A DNA stretch of 64,000 nucleotides from Spirochaetales bacterium (lineage in GTDB: Bacteria > Spirochaetota > Spirochaetia > DSM-2461), in assembly GCA_022360655.1 (NCBI GenBank), contig JAKSCK010000116.1:20162-84161 (forward strand). The letters run 5' to 3'. A program made the translations under genes and the position numbers. Shown in pieces: positions 53,047 to 61,629 of the stretch; within the stretch, counting starts at the first letter, position 1; every line of letters begins with the position of its first letter. The notes beneath the pieces are model-generated. The model was given only the letters and a program-made list of their open reading frames with translations. It made no database searches and was not told the DNA's origin.

Positions 53047-55116
53047 ATGAGTGAATTGCGCCTGCGCCCCTTGGATAGACTCGGCTTTGATTTTGTTCCT
53101 CCCCTCAGCGGTCATGAATCTCCCTCCGATCCCCCCCTTCCTGGCCGCCCGCTCACCCCCGAGGAAATCCACATCTTAGAGAAGCAAGGAAACCAGGCCG
53201 ATGACTGGAGCCACCTGCGTGTTCGAGAGGGTTTTTCCCCAAAACGTGTCCAAAACTGCCAATTCTACGGCATGGTGAGCCTGGGTGCCCTCTCTCCTTC
53301 CTACCTGGAATTCCATGACCTTCGCCTTCCCGTCGGCCTCTCCAACTGCACCATTGTGTCCAGCATCCTGGGGGACAACGTGGCTCTCCACAACCTAGGT
53401 TTTCTCTCCCGTTTTGAGATTGGAAATCGCTGCATCCTGTTCAACATTGATGAAATGATCACCACCGACCATGCCAAATTTGGCAACGGCGTGGTGATGG
53501 ATGGTGAGGATGAAGAGGTGCGCATCTGGCTGGAATTGGCCAATGAAAATGGGGGCCGCAAAGTGCTACCCTTTGATGGGATGCTCCCTGCTGATGCCTG
53601 GATTTGGTCCAAGTACCGGGGAGATGAGACACTCATGAACCGCTTTGTGGCCATGACCAATGCGCAACATTCCAGCACCCGAGGGAAACGCGGCCGCATC
53701 GCCAATGACGTTGTCATCAAAGATTGCCGCATCCTCAAAGATGTGCGGATTGGCCAACGGGCCTATGTGAAGGGATGCAACAAGCTCAAAAACCTCACCG
53801 TGAACAGCGATGCTCAACGCCCCACCCAGTTGGGAGAAGGTTGTGAATTGGTGAATGGCATTGTGGGCTATGGTTGCCGCATTTTTTACGGTGTGAAAGC
53901 CGTACGATTCATCCTGGGCGACCATGCCAACCTCAAATACGGAGCCCGACTCATCAACTCTATTCTTGGATCCAATTCCACCATCAGTTGCTGTGAAGTG
54001 CTCAACTCCCTCATCTTTGGCTCCCATGAACAGCACCACAACTCCTCCTTTCTTTGCGCCACCGTTCTGCAGGGACAAAGCAACATGGCCTCCGCCGCCA
54101 CCGTGGGCTCCAATCACAATTCCCGATCCAATGATGGAGAAATTGTGGCCAACAGAGGCTTCTGGCCAGGCCTGAGCGTGAGTCTCAAACACAACTCCCG
54201 CTTTGCCGCCTACTGCCTGGTGGCCAAAGGAGCCTACCCGGCCGAATTGGATGTGCAGCTTCCTTTCTCCTTGGTCTCCAACAGTCCTGATTCTTCGGAA
54301 TTGGTGCTCATGCCTGGATACTGGTTCCGCCACAACATGTATGCCTTGGCCCGCAATTCGGCCAAAGCCAGGGCTCGAGATGCGCGGCTGATTCGCCACC
54401 AAGAGCTGGAATACCACTGGCTGGCTCCAGACACCGTAGACCAAATGCGAAGAGCCCGCCGGCTCTTGGAAGAGTGGTGCCCCCAAGGCAAAGAATTTCT
54501 TGAAACTCAAGAGATGGAGGCCATCACGCTTTCCGGAGAAAGATGGGTGGAGAACTCCACCCGACCGGTGCGCATACTGCGCGCCGGAAGAGGCTGGCAG
54601 GATTACGGCCGCCTCATTCGCTACTATGCCGTCACCACCCTCGCAGAAGCATCTGGTGCTCCTGACAGCCCTTCTTCAACATCCCCTTGGATCAACTTGG
54701 GTGGGCAATTGGTGAGAGAACACGATTTATCGCAATTGATGGACGATGTTCGCCAGGAGCGTCTGAGCACCTGGGAGGATGTTCATCATCGTTACCAGGA
54801 GCTGGGAAAGAACTACTCCAAGGCCAAAGAGGCCCATGCTCGCCGCATTCTTTGGGAGGAAGTTCCAGAAAGTCAGGGGCTGCTCACCAAGGATCTTCTC
54901 GAGGAAGCTCTTCATACTGCGGCATTCTTGCACAATGGAATTCGAGAAAGTCGAATGAAGGATGATGTGAATCCCTTTCGGCACATCACCTTTGATGATG
55001 AGGCTGAAAAAGATGCCGTATTGGGCACTCTGAAAGACAACCCCTTCCTTGAAGAAGCAGAACGGGATTATCAACGCACCAAAAACATTCTGGAAAACGG
55101 TTTCAAAACACTCTAA
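53047..55116 (+). CDS. DUF4954-like large uncharacterised protein with beta-helix-like repeats
   Basis: 689 aa from the ATG 53047 (an alternative in-frame ATG at 52951 lies inside the GC-rich leader). The N-terminal LTPEEIHILEKQGNQADDWSHLRV resembles the conserved DUF4954 N-terminus as I recall it. The central region has short repeats of hydrophobic-x-x-x-x-hydrophobic periodicity. Confidence 0.6.
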   Translation: MSELRLRPLDRLGFDFVPPLSGHESPSDPPLPGRPLTPEEIHILEKQGNQADDWSHLRVREGFSPKRVQNCQFYGMVSLGALSPSYLEFHDLRLPVGLSNCTIVSSILGDNVALHNLGFLSRFEIGNRCILFNIDEMITTDHAKFGNGVVMDGEDEEVRIWLELANENGGRKVLPFDGMLPADAWIWSKYRGDETLMNRFVAMTNAQHSSTRGKRGRIANDVVIKDCRILKDVRIGQRAYVKGCNKLKNLTVNSDAQRPTQLGEGCELVNGIVGYGCRIFYGVKAVRFILGDHANLKYGARLINSILGSNSTISCCEVLNSLIFGSHEQHHNSSFLCATVLQGQSNMASAATVGSNHNSRSNDGEIVANRGFWPGLSVSLKHNSRFAAYCLVAKGAYPAELDVQLPFSLVSNSPDSSELVLMPGYWFRHNMYALARNSAKARARDARLIRHQELEYHWLAPDTVDQMRRARRLLEEWCPQGKEFLETQEMEAITLSGERWVENSTRPVRILRAGRGWQDYGRLIRYYAVTTLAEASGAPDSPSSTSPWINLGGQLVREHDLSQLMDDVRQERLSTWEDVHHRYQELGKNYSKAKEAHARRILWEEVPESQGLLTKDLLEEALHTAAFLHNGIRESRMKDDVNPFRHITFDDEAEKDAVLGTLKDNPFLEEAERDYQRTKNILENGFKTL

Positions 55117-55125
55117 ATCGAAAAT

Positions 55126-55145
55126 CCCCGGCGCAAGCGCCGGGG
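55126..55145. terminator. Bidirectional GC hairpin between convergent genes
   Basis: ccccggcg-caag-cgccgggg, a perfect 8-bp stem. An A-run upstream gives a U-tract for the minus-strand ClC transcript. Confidence 0.65.
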
Positions 55146-55158
55146 TCGGTCTAAACCA

Positions 55159-56463
55159 TTAATCCTCACTCAGGGCGGCATCATAAAGAGTATGATGGCG
55201 GTTCACTTGGAAGGAAAAAATGGCCGCCAGAGCAGCGGGAAATCCCAGATGAGAACCAAAGACTTCTGACACCAAGATGGCCGCGGCCAGGGGAACATTG
55301 AGCGATCCAGCCAGAACACCGGCCATACCCGCTCCTTGGAGCAAATGCAAATCCGTAAGGTTTCCAGTGAATCCAAATAGGGCACCAACAGCGGTTCCTA
55401 AAAGCATCCCCATGGTGGCCAGGGGAGTAAAAAATCCAGCACTTTGCCCGCTCCCTACCGTCAAAGCCACAGCCAAGGCTTGGACCACAATGAGAACAAG
55501 AGCGGCAAAAGCAATGGGAAAGGCCGGTCCAAAGCGTCCCAGGGTCATGGCTGGATCCATGGCAAGCGAATGCACCAAGCCCACACCATTGCCCATCATC
55601 TGTGGATTCACCAGCCAAAGCAGAAGTACGGCCACAAAGGTGGCGGACGCAAAACGAATCTCCACCCCTTTTTGTTTGCTCCGTCCCATACGTTTGGAAA
55701 GCCAGAGATAAAAGCGCTCAAAAAGATGGCTGGCCAGAGCTGCTAAAAGCCCCACCACAAGGAGGGGAAACAGAAGCTCCCATTGAACCTGAATGGAGGG
55801 CGTGTAGAGTTCGTAAAGCGGACGGAATCCAAAACTCCGCGCTAAAAAGGAGGCCACAGAAGCGGCCAGAACAGCAGGAAAAAGGTCACTGTAACGCATA
55901 TTGCGTTTTTGAATGATTTCCACCGCAAAGACGCCACTTCCAATGGGTGCTCCTGTGACAGAAGCCATGACACTGGCCAAGCCGCAAATGGCTGCATTCC
56001 GCACCAGGGCTCGTTGTTCATCATCATCAAGGGGAATCGTGGAAACCAAACTGGATGTGAATCCCGCACTCACTCGCCCAAGAGGACCCACCACGCCCCC
56101 ACTTCCCCAAGTTCCTAGGGTGGCAAAAGAGGAAAACACTTTCACCACACCGGCCCGGAATGGCAATCGTCCACCATGCTCCCGAATCCCCCGAATGTAA
56201 GATGGGATTCCCTCTCCTCGGCTTTCCGGAGCCAATCGACTGATGGCTGCGGCTAAAATTGCGCCCAGAACAGCAATGAGCGGAAGAGGATAAGTACTGG
56301 TGGCCTGTTTTACCGCGGAAAGCCCCATTGTGAAGGCCATGGTGAGGCCAGAACCAAGGATTCCTGCCACCAGTGCAAGAAGAAGCCAACTTCCCAAGTA
56401 GCGCAATGAACGTCGGCCGGCTTCACTGCGGAAAATGAGATCCATAGTCCTATATCGGTTCAT
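55159..56463 (-). CDS. ClC family voltage-gated chloride channel / H+-Cl- antiporter
   Basis: ClC selectivity-filter-like motifs (GEGIPS, GVVGPLG, GFFTP), about 10-12 TM. Start uncertain (TTG 56493, ATG 56463, ATG 56445). Confidence 0.85.
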   Translation of the reverse strand: MNRYRTMDLIFRSEAGRRSLRYLGSWLLLALVAGILGSGLTMAFTMGLSAVKQATSTYPLPLIAVLGAILAAAISRLAPESRGEGIPSYIRGIREHGGRLPFRAGVVKVFSSFATLGTWGSGGVVGPLGRVSAGFTSSLVSTIPLDDDEQRALVRNAAICGLASVMASVTGAPIGSGVFAVEIIQKRNMRYSDLFPAVLAASVASFLARSFGFRPLYELYTPSIQVQWELLFPLLVVGLLAALASHLFERFYLWLSKRMGRSKQKGVEIRFASATFVAVLLLWLVNPQMMGNGVGLVHSLAMDPAMTLGRFGPAFPIAFAALVLIVVQALAVALTVGSGQSAGFFTPLATMGMLLGTAVGALFGFTGNLTDLHLLQGAGMAGVLAGSLNVPLAAAILVSEVFGSHLGFPAALAAIFSFQVNRHHTLYDAALSED

Positions 56464-56521
56464 TTTGAATGAATTTGCATATGAATCATCCAAAGAAGAG
56501 AAAACACGTCATCAATCTTTT

Positions 56522-56547
56522 ATGACTATTTATTCAAATATAGTCAT
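56522..56547. promoter_or_regulatory. 8-10-8 perfect inverted repeat in the ClC/TetR divergent region (candidate TetR operator)
   Basis: atgactat (56522-56529) / atagtcat (56540-56547). Confidence 0.35.
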
Positions 56548-56684
56548 TGATTCACAGAAAATGATTTGCTATGCTCCACATCATCCAGACACTTTTCAAC
56601 CACCAAAGCATTGGGGGTAGTCTCTACAAATCTAGGTAATGAGGAATCTCCGCAACCGAATGAGAGAAACCATGGAGGCAAAGC

Positions 56685-57302
56685 ATGCCCAAGGCTTTCA
56701 CAAGTCAAGAACGACAAAAACTTCAGCGGCAACTGATGGACATTGGCCGTCAGCTCTTTGGACGATATGGATACGCCAAAACCAGCATGGACTTGGTGTG
56801 CCATGAAGCACGTATTGGCAAGGGAACTCTGTATTCCTTTTGGCCAAACAAAGAAAGCTATTTTTTTGCCTGTTTCGAAGAAGAACAACAAATCTTTCAA
56901 GAAGAGGTGATTGCACCTGTTTTCCAAGAACCACTCTCCCTTCCCCAGGCCTTTGGAGAAATCTTCAAGAAAACCCATCAGCAGATTCAGAACTATCCGG
57001 TTCTTCACATTGGAATGGATGTCATTCTCATTGAACAAATCATGAGGCGAGTCTCTCCTGAGGTGATTGCGCATCACGATGAGAAGGATAAGAATCGTTT
57101 AAATCAACTCTTTCCAAACAAGGATTTTCCCATCCCACCAGAACTGATGGATGGTGTGTTTAAGGCCCTTTTAACTCCGGCATTCCATCAACAATTTGTT
57201 GGAGAGAAAGAGTTTCCAGAGGTCATTGAACTCCTTGGAGACCTTCTCACAGCAGGTCTTCAATCCCTCTCAAAAAACAAGAAAGAGTGTTTCCATGATT
57301 AA
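56685..57302 (+). CDS. TetR/AcrR family transcriptional regulator
   Basis: 205 aa. N-terminal TetR HTH (GYAKTSMDLVCHEARIGKGTLYSFWPNKE). GGAGG SD. Its 3' end overlaps the ABC ATPase start by 8 nt. Confidence 0.88.
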   Translation: MPKAFTSQERQKLQRQLMDIGRQLFGRYGYAKTSMDLVCHEARIGKGTLYSFWPNKESYFFACFEEEQQIFQEEVIAPVFQEPLSLPQAFGEIFKKTHQQIQNYPVLHIGMDVILIEQIMRRVSPEVIAHHDEKDKNRLNQLFPNKDFPIPPELMDGVFKALLTPAFHQQFVGEKEFPEVIELLGDLLTAGLQSLSKNKKECFHD

Positions 57303-58143
57303 CGTTGAAAATCTTCAATTCACGTACCCGAAGCAAGAGCAGCCCGTCCTCACTCAGTTCCACATGGCCATTCAGCCGGGAGAAATCTACTGCTTACTTG
57401 GCCCCTCCGGTACAGGAAAAAGCACCATTGTAGGAATACTCACCGGAGCCATCTTGGGCTATGAGGGGAAGGTTTCTGTTGCAGGCAACACACCAGGTTC
57501 AGGCAATGGTGATTTTCAGAGAAGGATAGGTGTGTGTTTTGAAGCCCCGTATTTCTATCCTCGACTCACCGCAAAAGAAAATCTTCTGGCCATTGGAAAT
57601 CTTTATGGAACCCCTTTGAGGAAAATCCTCCCCATCATGGAGCGCCTTGGCCTCCAAGAAGCCATAAACCTTCCCGTTAATCAGTTTTCAAAATGAATGA
57701 AAACACGTCTTTCCCTTGTACGGGCCCTTCTTCACAATCCAGAGATTCTTTTTTTGGATGAACCCACTGGAGGGCTTGATCCACAGCTCAGTGATGATGT
57801 TCTTCAATGCATACAGGACGAGCAAAAATCTGGAAGAACCATTCTTCTCACCTCCCATGATATGGGAGCTGTAAGCAAGATTTGTCATCGTGTAGGCTTT
57901 CTCCACCACGGACACATCCAACAAGAAGGCAGGCCGAGGGAACTGGCACAGAAGTATGGATCTGCCCAAGTGGAATTGCGCCTGGGACAGGGGGGTGATG
58001 AAATCATACACCACTTCCCACTCCAAAATTTGCGCCATAATTCCGATTTTCTCTCCTTACTTGATCACCCCCATCTCCAGTCCATCCACAGTCAGGAAGC
58101 CTCACTGGAAGACATTTTCTGCCAGGTGATGGAGGTATTATGA
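57295..58143 (+). pseudogene. ABC-2-type exporter ATP-binding protein interrupted by a single in-frame TGA (57694-57696)
   Basis: Walker A GPSGTGKST and Q-loop lie before the stop. The signature region reads [13 protein letters not shown]. Walker B ILFLDEP and H-loop TSHD follow in the same frame. There is no other lesion. Confidence 0.8.
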
Positions 58144-58838
58144 GGGCCGTTCAACTAATCTTGGCCGAGGGCCAGCGGCTCTGGAGGGCAGGGATTCCTC
58201 TGCTGTTTCTTGGTCTTCCTTTTCTTTGGGGGATGCTCTCCCGAATTTTAGAACGTCCTTGGAAGCAATGGGTGCTGCTGGGGGGTGGAGTGATGGATCT
58301 CTGTGTGATGGGGACTCTGTTCACCGGAGCACTGTTCCTCCGAGAAAAGAGTTGGGGAATCACAAGGCTTTGGAGAATCACTCCAATGTCCTTGAGTCAT
58401 TGGTTGATCACACGTTTGATGTGGATCATTGGACTGGGGATACTTGGAGCGCATGTTCTTCTCATCAGTTCTGGGACGTCATTATCTCTCTTTCAGTACG
58501 TTCAATTTATGGCATCAACTTCAGTCTTTGCTGCTGTTGGGGCTCTGATTGGGATGTTCACTGCAACCCTCACGCAAGATACCGTGACATATACAGTGAT
58601 TGGAGGCTCAATAGCAGGTCTCCTATCGTGTCCTCCCATTGGGGATGTGATGCTCCCATCGTGGCTTTGGGGTGTGATGGGACCAATGGCTCCTGCATGC
58701 CGAATTCTTATGCATTCATTAGAACTCTCACAAACTCCTCATTCTTGGGGTTGGATTCCTCCCACCACCATCATTTTGTTTTGGATGATTCTGATGATTT
58801 GTTTCACAAAACAACGGATTCTCTCCCATTGGTCATGA
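58140..58838 (+). CDS. ABC-2-type exporter permease subunit (membrane protein)
   Basis: 232 aa, about 6 hydrophobic segments. ATGA overlap with the ATPase gene. Confidence 0.65.
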   Translation: MRAVQLILAEGQRLWRAGIPLLFLGLPFLWGMLSRILERPWKQWVLLGGGVMDLCVMGTLFTGALFLREKSWGITRLWRITPMSLSHWLITRLMWIIGLGILGAHVLLISSGTSLSLFQYVQFMASTSVFAAVGALIGMFTATLTQDTVTYTVIGGSIAGLLSCPPIGDVMLPSWLWGVMGPMAPACRILMHSLELSQTPHSWGWIPPTTIILFWMILMICFTKQRILSHWS

Positions 58839-58851
58839 GGGAAGAAAAGGC

Positions 58852-59598
58852 ATGATTCAATCAAAAAATCACCATCATCGATTCGTCTTCCACGTCTTCT
58901 TAAAAAATCTCTTTAAGAATCCTTTACTCATCCTTTTTCTTTGCTTATCTCCTCTCATGGGAGGAATGCAAGGTTTTCTCTCTCATCTTCAAAATGCATG
59001 GATTCAAAAGGAATGGTTTGCCACCGTTATAAACCTTTTTTCCGCAGTATTGCCTGCATTCCCAGCCTATTTTATTGGACTGATGATGTCACTCATGAGT
59101 CTTGATGAACGTGATGAGGGCATGTGGAATGTCTTTCAAGTCACTCCCATCCAGCCTCATACTCTTGTCAAAGAAAGATGCATCCATTCCTTCTTTCTGG
59201 CTTCACTGGCATTCCTCACCATGTTCTTGACAAGTGGCCCCTCTTGGGTTCCTCCTTGGCCATCACTTCTCCTGGGAACCCTGTTCTCAGGTATGCAATC
59301 CATGATGTATTTGCTGGCCCTCTTGCATGTGGCTCAGGATTCTGTAAAAGGATTGGTTTGGGGAAAATTAATAGGATTATTCCTTCTCCTTCCTTTGTTC
59401 AATCGCGTGCTCACCACTCCCATAAAAATAGGGCTCTTTCTTTTTCCCACAGCATGGATGGAAAGACTCACTCAAGGGCCAACGCCCTCACCAAACATAT
59501 TGGGAATAGCCCTATTGATTCATATTCTCTGGCTCTCCATTCTTGTTTTCCCAATGTTCTCAGCCAAAACCAAAAAGTTTGGCCCCCAATGCCCTTGA
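58852..59598 (+). CDS. Second ABC-2-type exporter permease subunit (membrane protein)
   Basis: 248 aa, about 6 hydrophobic segments, 13 nt after the first permease. Confidence 0.6.
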   Translation: MIQSKNHHHRFVFHVFLKNLFKNPLLILFLCLSPLMGGMQGFLSHLQNAWIQKEWFATVINLFSAVLPAFPAYFIGLMMSLMSLDERDEGMWNVFQVTPIQPHTLVKERCIHSFFLASLAFLTMFLTSGPSWVPPWPSLLLGTLFSGMQSMMYLLALLHVAQDSVKGLVWGKLIGLFLLLPLFNRVLTTPIKIGLFLFPTAWMERLTQGPTPSPNILGIALLIHILWLSILVFPMFSAKTKKFGPQCP

Positions 59599-59607
59599 TT
59601 TCGAACG

Positions 59608-60378
59608 CTATGGAAGACGATCTGGTTGGATAGAGTTCAAGGATTTCCACATATTCCAAAGCTTTCGTTGGCTTCCCCCCGTTAGCTGTTGCAACACCTT
59701 TGCCACTTCCTGACGGCGTGAGTCCCCTGCCCAAGGACAAACACATGAATCCACAGGCCAATTCTGTTGCTTCACCATTCGCTCAATCACGGATTCCTGA
59801 AGAAGAATCAGTGGGCGAATAATGGACGGTGCTTGGCTTTGTTCTGGCTTAAGGAGTGGGGGCATGGCGGCAAGCTGAGCATTCCACGTCATGTTCATCA
59901 GCAGGGTGATCAGGGAGTCATCCATATGGTGGCCTAGGGCCACTTTGGTATAGCCTTCCCTCTGGGCATAATCCAAAAGAATCCGACGCCGTTCCCGTGC
60001 ACATCCAAAACAGGTGGGAGTGTCCTTTTGGAGCTGATGGTTTTTTATTGGATGGGGAAGAATCTCGAGGGGAAGCTTCCAGCTCTCCATTAAACAACGG
60101 AGATCCTGAAGATGAGTCGGTGAACCCATTCCTGAATCCACATGGAGGGCGCATGCTTGAAAGGGAATGGAAAAACCCTTGGACTTCATGGCCAAATTCC
60201 AGGCCAAGGCCAATGAGTCTTTGCCACCTGAAAGAGCAATTAAAACCCTATCTCCATGTTGAATCAGTCCATACTCCATGATGGCCCGTGTCATCCGTTT
60301 ATCCACTTCTTTTTGGGCTGAAGTCATGTGCCAAAATCTCCCTGTTTTTGTTTTGTGAAAAAAGTTTGTCTGTTCCAT
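59608..60378 (-). CDS. ttcA: PP-loop ATPase, tRNA 2-thiocytidine biosynthesis TtcA family
   Basis: PP-loop SGGKDS, CFGC and ALGHHMDD motifs, C-terminal cysteines (CVCPW). Start set to the ATG 60378 so the gene does not run into the tRNA gene. Confidence 0.8.
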   Translation of the reverse strand: MEQTNFFHKTKTGRFWHMTSAQKEVDKRMTRAIMEYGLIQHGDRVLIALSGGKDSLALAWNLAMKSKGFSIPFQACALHVDSGMGSPTHLQDLRCLMESWKLPLEILPHPIKNHQLQKDTPTCFGCARERRRILLDYAQREGYTKVALGHHMDDSLITLLMNMTWNAQLAAMPPLLKPEQSQAPSIIRPLILLQESVIERMVKQQNWPVDSCVCPWAGDSRRQEVAKVLQQLTGGSQRKLWNMWKSLNSIQPDRLP

Positions 60379-60441
60379 GAATTGATTTTCCAAAAGCTGT
60401 TGACACCTCACGCCGTTTTTTCGTATTGTACGCCTACGCAA

Positions 60442-60514
60442 GCCGCTGTAGCTCAGTTGGTAGAGCAGTGGACTGAAAATCCATGTGTCAAGAGTTCAAA
60501 TCTCTTCGGTGGCA
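60442..60514 (+). tRNA. tRNA-Phe (anticodon GAA), no encoded CCA
   Basis: Hand-folded cloverleaf: acceptor gccgctg/cggtggc, D arm gctc-agttggta-gagc, anticodon arm gtgga-ctGAAaa-tccat, variable loop gtgtc, T arm aagag-ttcaaat-ctctt, discriminator A. Confidence 0.93.
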
Positions 60515-60516
60515 GG

Positions 60517-60545
60517 GACCCTTCCTTCGGGAAGGGTCTTTTTTT
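60517..60545 (+). terminator. Rho-independent terminator of tRNA-Phe
   Basis: gacccttcc-ttcg-ggaagggtc, a perfect 9-bp stem with a UUCG loop, followed by ttttttt. Confidence 0.9.
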
Positions 60546-60882
60546 ATCTCCCAAAAAATCATCACCATTGATACTGAACGCCATCTCTTTTTCTCTCTCT
60601 TTTATCAGATACTGATTCCATTAATTTCTATGTGTGAATTCAATGCCATCGTGTTCTTTAGGAGCTCATGAAACCAATTTGATTGCCTTAAACTGCACCA
60701 AACATACCGTCAACAAAGTTCCATGGCATTCCCAGAGAAATGAATCTTGCATGCTTTGCCACTCATTTTAAGGGGGGATAGACCTGAGATTTTTCATGGA
60801 ATAAGAATTGGATGAAAAGTCCCAATATCCTTCCAACAAAGGATTCGTCTTTCAAAAAGGGGATGGAAGTACCTTTTTAAGC

Positions 60883-61629
60883 TTAGGGCTCTTCTTGTTC
60901 TGCTTGTTCCAAGGGTGTGCCATCGAAAGGACAAACATCCCGCTCTGAATCATAAAAAATGGCTCCACACTCAGGACAACGGGAATACACGCCAGAATGC
61001 TGAAATTTGAGCTGTTGAACGCCATCATGACGCAGCCACAACAAAGAATAGGTTCCAAACTCTTCATCCAAGCCACCTAAAAACCCATCACTTTTAAGAA
61101 ACACATCTTGAGTGGTTCCATCGGTAAGAGTGAGACGAGCTGGACGATAACCCGGGAGAGGAGGAGTGGAAGACGCAAAAGATCCTTCAAAGGAATCCTC
61201 TGACGCCCGAAACCGAACATCACGGGACTCCCCTCCAAATGAAAGAACGCCCTCTTGAAAATCGTCTAACTCCCGTCCTCCAAAGACACCTTGAAATTCT
61301 ACTTGAGCAATGCGCCGGAATGACAAGGGGTATGTGATGGCTCCCTGACTCCCCCCCCGTCTTACCCAGAAAAAGTACTTTCGACCTTCTGGCGGAGCCG
61401 ATCCTCGGAGAGTACCAAAATCTCCATTTTCATTGGGCCAGAGAGCCTCTTCTCCCTCATAAATGGAAACATCAAAGAGTCGATATTGTTCCCCATCAGC
61501 CATTTTTGCTTCTAAGGCAAAAAAGTCATTGAACTCCAGTCCATCTGGAAACTGAAGCGTTTGTGCTCCAAGGTTCCCAATCAAAACCAAGGGAAGAGTC
61601 CAAAGAATCAGGGAACGTCCCATATTCAT
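60883..61629 (-). CDS. Exported hypothetical protein with a C-terminal CxxC...CxxD zinc-ribbon-like motif
   Basis: 248 aa. Signal peptide SLILWTLPLVLIGNLGAQ. C-terminal RCPECGAIFYDSERDVCPFDG. The ATG 61629 overlaps the RNase stop (ATGA); the alternative ATG 61623 has better spacing from GGAGG. Confidence 0.55.
   Translation of the reverse strand: MNMGRSLILWTLPLVLIGNLGAQTLQFPDGLEFNDFFALEAKMADGEQYRLFDVSIYEGEEALWPNENGDFGTLRGSAPPEGRKYFFWVRRGGSQGAITYPLSFRRIAQVEFQGVFGGRELDDFQEGVLSFGGESRDVRFRASEDSFEGSFASSTPPLPGYRPARLTLTDGTTQDVFLKSDGFLGGLDEEFGTYSLLWLRHDGVQQLKFQHSGVYSRCPECGAIFYDSERDVCPFDGTPLEQAEQEEP

Noticed and set aside
53566-54510. 314-aa minus-strand ORF antisense to the DUF4954-like gene.
   Set aside because: Shadow frame of a long plus-strand ORF. 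Gly/Val/His-rich composition typical of antisense translation.
57694-57696. TGA reassigned to glycine (code 25-like) or selenocysteine at the ABC ATPase stop.
   Set aside because: Many genes in this window terminate at TGA, including coupled ATGA/GTGA junctions (for example 6073-6076, 7038-7041, 25309-25312), so TGA is a normal stop here. A signature-motif glycine is not a plausible Sec position, and I see no downstream SECIS-like hairpin.
60546-60882. Integrated mobile element or att site next to tRNA-Phe.
   Set aside because: No integrase or recombinase ORF. No direct repeat of the tRNA 3' end found by eye; only a weak gaattcaatgcc resemblance.
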